Shown here one piece after another: positions 1-12,567 of a stretch of 64,000 bases of DNA (position 1 is its first letter; every line of letters starts with the position of its first letter). Below the pieces are notes generated by a model that saw nothing but the letters and a program-made list of their open reading frames with translations, made no database searches and was not told where the DNA came from. The position numbers and the translations under genes are program-made. Origin of the DNA: Camelus ferus (lineage: Eukaryota); assembly GCF_009834535.1 (NCBI RefSeq), contig NC_045697.1, positions 52,950,001 through 53,014,000 on the forward strand. The letters run 5' to 3'.

Positions 1-280
1 TTTTTAAAGTGAGAATTACAAAACCAGAGATAAAGTGGTTTAAAATACATAGTACTATTATATATATGTATATATATATATCACTGTAGTATATATAGTA
101 CTAAAAATTCATGAAACAATTTACGTATAAAACAGAATTGTAAAATAAATAGAAACCTTAGCTAAATTTTCAATGTAAGCCTCTTTGTTAAAAAAAGAAA
201 AAACTTTTATTAGCTTCTTGCTCTTTTATAGTTAATGCTGCTAGTTATTCCCCTCCTCCCCCATAGGCTTCTAGTCTACC

Positions 281-455
281 AATTTTCAAATTTTAGTGTA
301 CATCAGAATCAACTGGAAGCCTTTTTAAAAATACGTATTTCAAAGTTATATCTCCAGAAATTCTGATTGGGTGTAGCCAGGAAATCCGTATTTTGACTAA
401 TATTCCAAGTGATTCTAGGGAAGACGATCCCTGAGCCACACTTGACAAAACACTT
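281..455. mobile_element. MER5A-like hAT-Charlie DNA transposon remnant
   Basis: ttttcaaattttagtgtacatcagaatcaactgga ... ccacacttgacaaaacact resembles the MER5A consensus as recalled; degenerate. Confidence 0.6.
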
Positions 456-1858
456 ATCCTAATCCTATATTGCAGCATAGGTAACTCTCTCCTGGTGACA
501 AAAGTGCCACTTGGCACTCTCCACACTTCATTAAAATAATTTCTTTTAGATGCATGTTTTGTATAATGGAATTATAAAACTATAAGGCTGAAAGAAACTA
601 CAGTTAGAGATGAGGTACCTTAACATCTTAGGTGGTTGGTATTTGTTTTGACATCCTGACCACACACTAAAATAATGAACCTTCAGATGTTTCTTTTTCT
701 ATAAGATATCATTATTCATGTGAATCTTGTATATTTTTCTTAATTCCCAAATAGTTTCTAGGTCCTATGATAGTAGAAATTAAAATGAGAGTAAAGTTTG
801 ATAGTGTAATAATATTGTGTGTTCTAGTGTCTGGCACTTTGTTCTTGCTAGACATTCAATACATTGAAGGAGTGCAATTATGTGCAAGCCTTTAATTCTG
901 CTTTCATTCTGCCATTTTTTTTTTCTTACTGCGAGCTGTGAAATCTGCTTGCCTACTTATAGTCCTGAAGTATTTCTTTACTAACTCTCAAAATTATAGG
1001 AGACTCTTAAAAAATTAGAGAACTGAAAACCAAAAGTAAGGTAGATTTGGTGTTGCATATAAATGTAACCAGAATGTTCTTGGAACAAACCTTGCCTAAG
1101 AGACATTCTAACATTGCAGTGGGAGGTAGAGGGATGCCTTGTCTAAAAGCTCAGGCTTTTTTTTTTTGTCGTCACTAATTAATGAGGAAAACTTTTACAA
1201 GAAATACTGCAGTGACAGTGTTCTGTTTAGGCCTATCAAATGAGCATCATTTCATGGGTTTAAATTCTGAAAGTTATAACTAGGTGAGCAAACACAAAGT
1301 TTGCTTTAATACTATCAAATTGTGACAGCAACGGATACATCTAGCATCCACCTGTTTCTAATTCCAGTTCCATGTTTCAGCTTATAAAATAACTGAAAGT
1401 AATGATAATGTGTATATATTATATATGTGATCTGTAATATATATGTTAAACCTGGTAGCTTGGTTAATTAAGGACTAGCAGAAAGAGTTGACCTAAGATA
1501 CAATAGGAACCTTAACAGGCTTTAATTCTTTCCTTTTCCTTCTCTTTCCTTCATTTATTGTTCTAGGCACAACAAATATCATATTATATTTGATTTGAAA
1601 ACCTTGTTATCTAGATAATAATGTTGAGAATCCCTATTTAAACATTTTTAATGGACTCCTGCCTTGAAATTATTTTTAGTCTTCTGATTTAATTATATAG
1701 AATAAATGTAATATAAAAAGTAATTGCACATGGCTTTGGGGGATATTTTGGAAAAAAATACATAAATCTGAGCCATACATTTCTTTCCAGTGCAGCATTT
1801 AAATTTCAGACTTCAACCACAGTTGTGATTGTTTTTAGTTTGTTAGCTGCCTGGAGTG

Positions 1859-1879
1859 TTATTTTAAGAAAGCAGAAGC
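1859..1879 (+). promoter_or_regulatory. JCHAIN proximal promoter: MEF2-type AT-rich site (TTATTTTAAG) abutting a non-canonical PU.1 site (AAAGCAGAAGC), equivalent to the mouse JA/JB elements
   Basis: gtgttattttaagaaagcagaagca about 85-105 bp upstream of the ATG; matches the described mouse J-chain promoter arrangement as recalled. Confidence 0.65.
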
Positions 1880-1962
1880 ACCATCATTTGCACACTCCTT
1901 GTAGATCACACATCTTAACCCTGACATTTTAGCTCCAGTTTTTCACAAGAAGTGAAGTCAAG

Positions 1963-2026
1963 ATGAAGAACTATTTGCTTTTCTGGGGAGTCCTGGCTAT
2001 TTTTGTTAAGGCTGTTCTTGTGACAG
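1963..2026 (+). CDS. JCHAIN: JCHAIN exon 1, signal peptide MKNYLLFWGVLAIFVKAVLVT(A)
   Basis: ATG at 1963, donor ACAG|GTATGT, phase 1. Confidence 0.96.
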
Positions 2027-2914
2027 GTATGTAGTATTTTGAAAATGAACCCAGATAAAAGGAAAAATAGAACACAGATCTGTTCTTCAGATTTAAACAT
2101 TTATGTTTGTGCTTTGACTGGCCAGCTAGCTGGCTACTTTTTTCTAACATACCTTAATCTTTGTGTGGACAGTGATATTTAGATAGATATAACTCACTGT
2201 AATTCTTTTTATTCTTTTTTCTCTTATTTGTTTGCCTACCTAGAGAATAAGAGAATAGGTATTTCTGGATAAGTATAGATAGCTATATTTATACTAATAC
2301 ACCTATATTGAACCTGGAAAATCAGTGATCCTCTCCTTGAATGTCTCAAATGTATATTCTGGAGAAATGAATTAATAATTATTGTAAATACAATATGGAG
2401 TGCATTGGGATTTAATTTCCTCAGAGAGATTGTTAATTCTAACAACTTTCCTGGAGCTAAGTGTACAGATTTATTATGACCCTTAACAATGTTTAATGTT
2501 GTACAGGTTTCCTACAACTTGATGACTATGCTTCGGTTATTTTGTTTATTAACTTTTTAAACTACTGTAGAAAATGGTTTATTTTCTGAATATAGAAGTA
2601 CAATGTTTAACAATTTTCATTAGAAGGACATATGAATTAGAAGTCATATAATTAATAAGCTGGTTTATTCTAAGACTTACTGAGCTTATTTTTTTCTTGA
2701 GCTTATTATTTTAAGACAGAGTATGATGTAATTAAGAGTAGTTATTTTGCATATGTTTTATACTAATTTAGCATTAAGAATAGTGAACTTCTAATAGTAT
2801 TTAAACCATAAAGATATTAATAGTAAACCATGTATAATATATGTATTTATACATATATAAATATACCTATAAACATATATGTGAAACATATATATGGCTA
2901 TGTATGTGTAAAAG

Positions 2915-3140
2915 AGCTATCATTTACTGAGTAATACTATTTTCTAGGCATTATGCTAACTGCTTTACATATACTATTCCATTCTCACAATAACCATTTG
3001 AGAGTATGTACCATTATTATTTCTGATACATAGTTGAGCCCACTGAAATTTAGAGAGGTGAAGTAACTTACCTGAGATCACACAATAAACATGTGGTAGG
3101 TGGAACCCAAGACATCTGACACTATAATCCACACTCCTAA
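2915..3140 (-). mobile_element. MIR SINE in JCHAIN intron 1
   Basis: MIR core on the reverse strand (actgaaatttagagaggtgaagtaacttacctgagatcacac). Confidence 0.7.
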
Positions 3141-3667
3141 CTACTTTCCTATTATGCCTTTATCAGAGAATAACTTTTCAGTAAACTCACTATGTTCATT
3201 TCTAGTACTTGTTGTTAAGTCTATTTTCTAATTTGTTTGAACTAAGTTAAGTTAAACAAGTATTTATTGAGCACCTACTATGTCTCAAATGCTCTTGAAA
3301 TACAGTAAGGCACAGTCTATAATAGCAGGTTTATTAGGAAAAAATACTGCCTGTTGATGAAACAGAATGTTTGAATCTTGTAAATCTTGGTGAATTGGAA
3401 GTATTTGTACATTTCCTGGTAGGTATATTAGACTGCCTAATATTTTTATATAATAATAGTAATGATGGTTTTTCCTAGGTTTCTGGCAAGAAAATATAAT
3501 GTATACCATAAATAAAATACAGATATTTTCTATTTAAGACTTGATACTCGACTCAATCTATATTTTTGGTCACGCATTACACGCTCATTTGTGTTTTATT
3601 GAGAAAAACATTTGAGTCGAATAAAAGAGTAGGAAAGAGGACACCATTTAAGTCATCTTACTCTTTT

Positions 3668-3840
3668 GTTTTCTTTTTTTAATTAATAGACTTTATTTTT
3701 TAGAGCAGTTTCAGGTTCACAGCAGAACTGAGCAGCAAACACAGAGAGTTTGCACATAGCCCTCCCCACCCACACGTATATACTCCCCTACCCTCAACAT
3801 CCCTCATCAGTGTGGCATATTTGGTACAATAAATGAACCA
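3668..3840 (-). mobile_element. Short 5'-truncated old L1 (L1M-type) 3' end with 14-bp target-site duplication
   Basis: T-rich tail then gactttattttttagagcagtttcaggttcacagc; CATCTTACTCTTTT at 3654-3667 and 3841-3854. Confidence 0.8.
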
Positions 3841-5277
3841 CATCTTACTCTTTTCAAAACATTAAGAAGAATTATATCATTATCTTAAATTGGCTTTGTA
3901 ATGTTTTTTCTCCAGTACCATATGGACTTTTTATCAGAAGATTTATTAAAAACTTACGAATAATAGCATAATAATGCATTATAAAGTACTTCAAACAACT
4001 TTAAGTACAATAACAATGGTCTCAAAATGTTTTTATAATAACTTATTATTAAAACTGAAATACTGCAATTAGATCCTCTCTGCTCTGGGATCATCTTTGG
4101 AATAATTAGACTTCCAGTTACAATTATATCTATCCCTATCGTTTAATGTTTATAACTTGAATTCATGTGCTAAATCTTTATTTTTTAATTGAAGACTGAT
4201 GGAAGGAAATTTTAAAGATCATTTAGCTGAAATTAAATTAAAAATATTTAACATAATTATTAATAATTAGCATTATTAAATAAAGCTATTTATTGTTAAC
4301 CCTTCAAATATCTGTTAAGTGATCTAAGTTCAGATAATAAGAAATTTTCTTTGTTAATTCTTTGCAACACTTGCCAGACTTCTTTGTCTAATGTTCAGAT
4401 TAGACAATAAATGTTGACATTCAGAGTTAAGACTTTAATGGTCATCTGTGTATTCATTCATTCATTTATTATTTTTTCTGTATACATGCATATTATATTA
4501 AATAGAACTTGTATCTCACAATATATTCTAAATTGTTTTGGCAAATTTATAACACTTTACATCTATATATACTGTATTAAAATAATTCTTACAAGAAATA
4601 TTGATAAATATAGCACTTATTTTATTGGATTAAATCATTATACCATGATAACTTGATTGTTACTATGAAAAAGAAGAATATAATTAAGTTTGGGAAAATT
4701 ATATGTATATATAGAGGAGAATAAAGTCTTACAAAATAAGGTTATCTTGGGGAAAATGTGCATGTTCTTAGCTCTCATGCAATCTAAGCAAAAAAAAAAG
4801 TATAAACGGGAGTTCAGGAAGGATGTGACACTTCAAACTCGGTTTATATAGACTAATGTTCTTTTTTTATTCACTCTTGAATGAATTGCTTTGGTCTGAG
4901 AAAAATCCAGTCTAGATTTTTGTTTTCTCTCTCATTTTGGCATTTGGCACTGATTTTTATGAAGCTACATCATTCAGAGTGTTGTGCCTCTATTAAAATC
5001 ATTAGATTAAAACTAGAATTCTTTCAGCTCAGCTTCCGATAGACTGGTCCCAGGAAAAAAGAGAAAGTTCCTTTTGGAGTTCGTTTGCATTTCCTTCACT
5101 ATGCTGTGAGATTCCACTTAGCTATTTTAGATTAGGAAAGAGAACAAATGCAGAAAGATGAAACTAATTAACTATAAAACTTAATTTTTCTGCCAGAAAA
5201 AAGCTAAATTAACTTGTTACAAAATATAAAAATAGACTTTCATTTCCCTTTCTTCTTAATGTGTTTTATCTTTCAAG

Positions 5278-5404
5278 CCCAAGATGAAGATGAAAGCACT
5301 GTTCTTGTTGACAACAAATGTAAGTGTGCCCGGATTACTTCCAGGATCATCCCTTCTCCTGAAGATCCTAGTCAAGACATTGTGGAGAGAAACATCAGAA
5401 TTAT
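5278..5404 (+). CDS. JCHAIN: JCHAIN exon 2, QDEDESTVLVDNKCKCARITSRIIPSPEDPSQDIVERNIRI(I)
   Basis: acceptor tttcaag|CC, donor AT|GTATGT; lies within ORF 5214..5459. Confidence 0.97.
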
Positions 5405-6892
5405 GTATGTGGTATTTTGCATTTCATTTTTTCATGTTGTGAGCAGAGGTACTTTCTGATATTAGAAATTGTTTGCATGTGATACCTACATCTTTACTCC
5501 TCTTTTTGATGTGCAGCATCTTACATAAGGCTGAATCTGATTAATGGGCTTGAGCCAATTATGGAGAAGTTGGGAGCAGGAAGGAAGGTTTCCAGGCAAC
5601 CTAAAACCAGCCAGCTAGATCGAATAATAACTGAAGGCTCAGATCTAGTCATCAACATGCCCTTTTCATATGGAGTAATTTCAGTTTGAATCAGAAATTT
5701 TAGCTGCCCTTGATCATTTCAAACTGAAACTTGAGATAACACTAAAAGCCTTGTTTTCTACCACATATGGACTACAGATGATTTCACATTGAACTCAATT
5801 ATCTGCATAAAGGTAAGGTAGACTAATCAAATTGACTAAAGTGATTTGCTCTTCACTTGCATTTTAGTAGGACCGTTTAATAAGGTGGCTATAATACATT
5901 GGGAGGGTCAGGACTGAAGAGGGGAGTGTATTGCTACAATCTAGGAGAGAAACAGTGGTGTCCTGAATCAGGTGGTTGGATTTCACAGATAGCAAGAACT
6001 AAAATCAATTGAACTAAGAGATGGATTACATATAGGTCATGACAGAGAGGAAAGACTAAGGATGGTAACCAATTTTTGGCTTGACTATGTGGATAATATT
6101 GCTGAATACTGAGTTAGGAAACATGAGTTTTTCTTTATATCTTTCAGTAGGGAGGGGTACATATGAAGAGAAGTGATAACATAGATGGAAAAAATGTAAA
6201 AGTTAATGAAATCACTTGAACTAGTTGGTATGTTACCTAATTTTTCATGGAACATCTCCAGATCAAGAGGTCTGGATTCCAGTTCCAGCTTTACTACTTA
6301 GTAGTTGTATGAACTTGGATAGGTACCAACCCCTCTGATTTATAATTACTGCATTTCTAAAATGTGGATAATAATATCTGTCTGTCCACTCATCCCACAA
6401 ATATTGAGTATATTCCACATGCCACACATCTAGCAAGGCTTTGGGAATATGTAAATGTTCTTGCCTCAAGGAATTTATAGAGTCTAAGGAAGCAGCTACT
6501 CTGTAGATAAGCAACTATGACATGGCATTTGTTAAAATAAAGGTATATTCACTTTAATGAGACTACGGAGGAAGGAGATGGGATCCAAGTAATCATCACG
6601 AGAAGGTAAAACTTGAGCTTATTTTTAAAGGAAATCAAGGATTTGCCAAGTAATCAAAGATGGTTGACAGAGGAATTGCTGTGAGGTTTATTTTGGATGA
6701 AAATGTTTAAAAAATAGCAATTACTGTGAAATCTGAGTAATGGTATTACTTAAGAGTGCCTGTAGAGTGCTAAATATCCTAAATGTCCAAATGAAGCAGT
6801 AGGAACTGTCCTAGCAGTGCATCTATTACCAAAAATAGCAGTATCTGCTGGTTTCATTATTTTCCTTTTTCTTTCTTTCTTTCCTTTTTTAG

Positions 6893-6973
6893 TGTTCCTC
6901 TGAACAACAGGGAGAATATCTCTGATCCCACCTCACCACTGAGAACCAAATTTGAGTACCATTTGTCCGACCT
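6893..6973 (+). CDS. JCHAIN: JCHAIN exon 3, VPLNNRENISDPTSPLRTKFEYHLSD(L)
   Basis: long polypyrimidine tract + ag acceptor, donor CT|GTAAG; conserved N-glycosylation site NIS. Confidence 0.97.
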
Positions 6974-7626
6974 GTAAGAGATTTTCCTTCATACTAAATA
7001 GATATTGAAGTCAATAACTTTTAATCAAACTTATTAGCAAGAATGTTTTTGAAAACATTGTGGTATAAACATCTACCAATATAATTTGAACTTTTGAATA
7101 CATTAACTCCTATGTTAATTATTAGATATCATAAATTCATAAAACTTTATCGCAGATAAAAGTTAGCTATGAATTTATTCTAAAGAAGAAATTATTGCTG
7201 TTAGTATAGGAAGGGCCAGTTTGTCTTTACAGTTCAATAACTGGATTTCAGACACATTAACATGCAGGTCTTTCTTTGGAAAGTATAGAGTTCAACATAA
7301 AACAAACTAAAACTTCCTTCTTTGTTACTATAAATAACTCATTTAATCCTAGTATACAGTTGGGAATAAACCCAGCAGAGCAGAAGTTGCTGTATAGTAT
7401 ACACAAATAATTGTATTCTCATATTATCAATTATATTGCTTACTTTCAACTAAAGGTTGAAAAATTATGTAAATGATTCTGTATTACAGAGCAGCTGAAG
7501 TCTGAAAGGAGTAACCCTTTGTCAGAATTAACTGATTTTAGATAGAAATGTGTAGTCACTCAAATTGTGAGACAACGTTTGATGGGGATTGTCTACAGCA
7601 TCTAAAGCGTGTTATTTGTTTTTCAG

Positions 7627-7831
7627 CTGTAAAAAATGTGATCTTACGGAAGTGGAGCTGGGTAATCGAGTAGTTACTGCCACCCAGAGCAATCTCTGTG
7701 ATGATGATATTGAGACCTGCTATACCTATGATAGAAACAAGTGCTACACAAACAAGGTCCCATTTACCTATGATGGTGAGACCAAAATGGTGGAAACAGC
7801 CTTGACACCGGATTCCTGCTATCCTGACTAA
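7627..7831 (+). CDS. JCHAIN: JCHAIN exon 4, CKKCDLTEVEL...ETALTPDSCYPD*
   Basis: acceptor tttcag|C, TAA at 7829-7831; within ORF 7589..7831. Confidence 0.98.
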
Positions 7832-8040
7832 TTTAAGTCATTGCTGTCTGCACAACTCCTTATCTTGAAAGGCTCTCCATTTTGATCCAGGTAGTTAATA
7901 CATTTACTACCAAAGAATTTGAAACTATGATTTTTTTTTTTTGGATAGTGTAAAACCAACTCCTCCTACCCAATAATTGAAATAGTAACATTATTTTTAT
8001 TAGGTAAATTTTTAGCATTAAAAAAAAGACAAGGGGAGAA

Positions 8041-8504
8041 AATAAAACTAAAAGAGTAAAAATCAGAAGACATACTAAATTTTGCCCTTTTTTTTTTGGC
8101 TTTGCCCTGGAGAGCCTGAGCTTTTGCACATTCTGTATTCTTCTCTTTAAAAAAAAGTATCACTGTGTAGAGAAAATCTGTATGTAAATGTAGGTCAATT
8201 ATTTGTCTTCATTAGAAAAATAATATTTGGAAAACACGTTTTGGAAATGTTTATTAAATCATTTAAAATGGGCTCTCTAATATTTATGAAACCAATTAAC
8301 TGAAAGTGATGGTATTAAATGTGTAACTGAAAAATATATTTTGACAACAGATTTGGGAGCAAGTGATACAGTTTTTTAATAAAAGTTTTTTGATAATCAG
8401 GATAGTGTAAGAAATTCCCATTGGAAATCATCTCTGTTGTAACTGAATCTAACAAATTATGTATTCCAAAATATGTATTCTCCAGCACAGTTTGAACAAT
8501 TAAA
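8041..8504 (+). terminator. Candidate JCHAIN polyadenylation signals (AATAAA 8041, AATAAA 8378, ATTAAA 8499)
   Basis: hexamers downstream of the stop; the site actually used cannot be determined from sequence. Confidence 0.45.
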
Positions 8505-9329
8505 TAGATTCATAAGCATATACCTGTGTGAAGTAATTTATTGGAAAAAGTTTGCTTGTGTTAATTTTGCTATATGTAAATTAAAATATTATGAGGAGCA
8601 GTTTGTATGATATAATTATGCATTAATCACTGAATTCAAATAGGTACATATTTGAGGTAGATGTGTCATTTTATAACTAAACTTAAATATAAAGACAGTG
8701 TCCCTCCTGACAAATACAGTGTTTATCATGGCACATAAAATTTTTTTATGGCAGAAACCCAAGGCCAATTGGCATATATATATCTAAGGGTACTGTGGAA
8801 AGTAAATGCTGACTCTGGATTTAAAATAATGGAAGGCTGATTAGTGAAATGCAGTTTCTTGAAGAGAAATTGTTCTGTTTTCTTTTTTTCAAATGGTAAT
8901 AGTCGTTTTTAATAACTTCCACTGTGTTCATACTGATTATTCAGTGTTTTTTTTTTAGGGATAAGGCTCCGACACTCTGGTGCTTCAGTAGGAATCATAG
9001 TTTTGACATGCTAAAGACAAATCATTCTTGACCAATCTTCAATCTGGTATGTGGTTTTAGCAAAAACCTTGAACTTTATTTAATCAGTAAACAGTGACTG
9101 AATATTTACCATAAGCAAGGAGCTCTGCTAAATTTTTGGTGATTAAGCTGTGTTAAGTGCCCTCAAGATAGTCACCATCACCACTCACTTACTAGGCCTC
9201 TGCTCATTTGGACCCCGGTTCAGTTCGGTAACATTCTTCTCCATGAAGCTCACCCTGACTGTTAAAAAAAAAATTGCAAACCCCATTCCCTTTCTTGGTT
9301 TATTCCACTCCCATGTACTTGTCATCCTC

Positions 9330-9497
9330 TAGCAGACTATATAATTTACGTAAATATCATGTTTATGGTTTGTCTCCCCCAACAAATGCATAAGCTCCAC
9401 AAGCTCAGCCATTTTTATTTTGCCCATTGGTGTATCCCCAGCACTAGGAGGGGTGTCTGGCACAAAGAGGTGCTCAGTAAATATTTGTTGAATTAAA
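9330..9497 (+). mobile_element. L2 3' end fragment
   Basis: gtatccccagcactagga...tggcacaaagaggtgctcagtaaatatttgttgaat, typical L2 tail. Confidence 0.7.
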
Positions 9498-9624
9498 CGA
9501 GTATGAGTGCAGCTTAACTGAAGAAGTAAGACATATGCATAATTACAATCACTTGGCAGAATTGCATGAAACAAAGAAATAGTTTCCAAAGTGTTATGAG
9601 ACTTGATAGGAGACATTCTTCCCT

Positions 9625-9790
9625 AGTTTTATTGAGATATAACTGACATGCAGCATTGTATAAGTTTTAAGGTGTACAGCAAAATGACTTCCACATACTT
9701 ACCTGTTGTGAAATGATTACCATAGTAAGTTTAGTTAACACTCATCACCTCATATAATTACAATTTGTTTTCTTCGTGATGAGAACTTTT
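9625..9790 (-). mobile_element. L1MA-type 3' end fragment
   Basis: ttttattgagatataactgac...gtataagttttaaggtgtacagc...gtgatgagaac. Confidence 0.7.
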
Positions 9791-10630
9791 GGGGGAAACT
9801 ATTTCTGAAGAGGCTGCTCTACTCTCTTCCTGTCTGCCTTAGTTTCTGTGCATACCCAATAGGAAAAATTTTTGGTACCACGTTGCAGATGCTTGTAGGA
9901 GAGAGCCATGTGCCAGCACGACTGCCGCATTAAATGCCAGCTGGGAGAGGACTGCAAACTTAAAAGTCCTGAGTATTCCTTCTTTCAGAAGCTCAGTTAA
10001 ACTCTAGGATTATCATTTAATAATTTAACATTTACTATGTGCTAGGCACCCACGTAAGTGCTTTATTAAGCATTAACTCAGTATAAATCCAGAGTAGATA
10101 GTGACTCTTAAATGAGAATTACTGAACAGTGATTAAAACCTTGTTAGTTTCATTTGTATGTTTAAGTGGACAGTATAGCAAGGATACAAAAGGGATCAAT
10201 GCAGATGAGGCAGCTCTGAAAGGAGCCTCTCCTTTGTCTTTGTGTTTGTGTGAGGTCCATGGGCTGCTCCCAGCCAACGATGATTGAATGTGGCAAGGAT
10301 ACTGACAGGTTTTGGGGCGACAATGTGGTATAGTGGGTGAATTCATGGCCTAGCTTGGAATACAGACTCTGTACTTAGGGACTAAATAATAAGTCACTAA
10401 GGGGAAGTTCATTCAATGTAAGGTTGAAAAATGGGAATACAAATAACTACCTGACAAAATAGGTATCTTATAAAACTAAGGATACATTCTATGATGTATG
10501 TTTATCACTTTGTACAGCTTTTGTAGCATTCAGTAACCTGTAAATTACAGTTGGTATTGGGTGTTAATTGTCTTTTGGCTCTTCTCTGCCCAGGCAACAA
10601 ATTAGAGAAAAATGTGAACATGAATTAAAT

Positions 10631-10826
10631 CAGTGATTCTCAAACTTTAGCCTGTATGAAACTCATCTGGAGGACTCACTGAAACAGATTGCTGAGCCCC
10701 ACCCCAAAGATGCTGATTAAGTAGTTCTGTAATGCGGCAGGAGAAACTGCATCACATGGGAACAGGTTCATAATACAGAATTCACTGGTGCTGGTGATGC
10801 AGCTTGGGAATTGCTTTAGAACCACT
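10631..10826. mobile_element. MER5A-like DNA transposon remnant
   Basis: cagtgattctcaaacttt...acagattgctgagccccacccc...tttagaaccact. Confidence 0.7.
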
Positions 10827-10846
10827 ATTTTGTAATTATAAACCTC

Positions 10847-10865
10847 CATCTCCACCTAGTGGTGA
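10847..10865 (-). promoter_or_regulatory. CTCF-like motif (TCACCACTAGGTGGAGATG on minus)
   Basis: close match to the CTCF core CCAC(C/T)AG(G/A)TGG; motif only, no binding data. Confidence 0.55.
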
Positions 10866-12552
10866 TTTATGAAATACAATTCATATGCATTTTAACACAC
10901 ATTTTATTTATTCTTCGTAAGTACCCTATGAAATAAATACTATCTTCATTTTACAGATGATGAAACTAAGATGCAAAAAGATAAAGTAATCTTATTAAGG
11001 TTTGACATATATCATATGGGGAACTGATAATTGGATTCAAACTCAGTCTCAAAGCCAATGTTCTTCAGTATGTTACCTTGCCTAAAATATATTTTCAGAC
11101 CATTTCCCCCAGTAATTCTACTTCTGAGGAGGTAATCAGAAATATGGACAAAGAGGTATAAAGATATTTACCACAACATTATTTATTATAGTGAAAATTC
11201 ATAAGAAATAAAAATGAAACGAAGTATTTTTAATTGTATGAAAATTGCTTATATAATGTGAAGAGGGAAATGTAGGCTATTTCATAAAATAATTACTTTA
11301 AGACTCCCCCCATACATACATAAAAGAGAAAATAGACCAAAATATCCCACTATAGATGGTTAGATTATGTGTTATTTTTATTTGTTTCCTTTTACTTTTC
11401 ATTATTTGCCAAATATTCTACAATGAGTGTATATTTTGGTAATTAGAAAAATATTATCATTCATTTTTATTTTTAATCAATTATATTAAAAATTTGGAAA
11501 ATCTAAATTCATATTCATTTACAAAATGTGTTTAAAGAAGAAGTGATATTTATTCAGCATCTACTCTGTGCTCAACACAAAGCTAGTTGCTGTGAGGGAT
11601 ACAGAAGTTGAATAAGAACTGGGCCTCACTCTTTAGGAGTTTTCTTCCTTCTTCTCTAAGTACAGCTAACACAGGGAAAAATCAGCACATGTTATAAGAC
11701 AATGAGTGATTAAATGTAAAAAACGAAGTGCAGTGAGCCTTCAGGGTAGTTGGGAATCCTAGGGCTGGGGAATCAAAACCAGCGCTTTTACAAGATTCAT
11801 GGGCATATTAATGCTTGAGAAACACTGGTATAGCATGCATCATTGTCAAAACAGCCTGAATCCTAGGTCGGGGAGACAGCTTCCAGCGTGGTTTAATAGC
11901 TGAGGGACTGACAAGGTCCTCTCCAAACAAAGTTTTCTACCATTACTGTTGTCTAAATAAGCTGAGAATCCACTCACTCTTTAAAGGCATGGTGGATAGT
12001 TTGGGAGGGCTACAAATTAATCAGCACTTGAGAAGGAATGTTTTTTTTCAGGTTAACCATAACAAATGTCTGCTTTATATAGTGCAGAAAGGAATGAGGC
12101 ATGGTTACTTGGATAAATACAGAGGAAATTACTGTCCCAGTTTGCTGAACCACAGAAATGGAGGGTGCCGTGTCCTCAGAGAGATGAACTGGGGTGCTAT
12201 GAGAGCAGAGGACCTTGACTGGGGAGGTAACAGGGCATGAGAGTAGCTTCATCTGTTTCACAATCATGTCTTTGTTGAATTACACCTTGGTTTCCTTCTC
12301 GCTCCTTTATTTGAAGTGTTCTGCTCTTCCAGCATGAGATCCTATTTGTTACCAGCTGAATCCTGTTTATTGGCTATGAACGCAAAAGGAGAGAAAAAGA
12401 TCCAGTGGCTGATGTTATTGAGCTGGGGATGAGATGCAGAGGCAAGGAGGAACAGGTGGACAAAGCCAATAGCAATAACCCATTGTGAAATGGTGATTAC
12501 CTCTTTTCTACTAAGTGCAGTTTTCTTCTGAGTGTTACTTGGGCAGTTTGTC

Positions 12553-12567
12553 TGAGTCACAGTGAAA
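12553..12567 (+). promoter_or_regulatory. AP-1/IRF composite element (AICE1-type) TGAGTCA-CAGT-GAAA
   Basis: exact TGA(G/C)TCA-N4-GAAA spacing; motif only. Confidence 0.4.

Larger units (their letters stand above)
1963..7831 (+). other. JCHAIN: JCHAIN gene, coding span (4 exons, 477 nt CDS, 158 aa immunoglobulin J chain)
   Basis: Exons 1963-2026, 5278-5404, 6893-6973, 7627-7831 join in frame through GT-AG introns; 8 Cys, N-I-S sequon, C-terminal TPDSCYPD. Confidence 0.98.

Noticed and set aside
7643..7645. JCHAIN CDL where human has CDP
   Set aside because: A single substitution at a position I cannot show is invariant; all eight cysteines are intact
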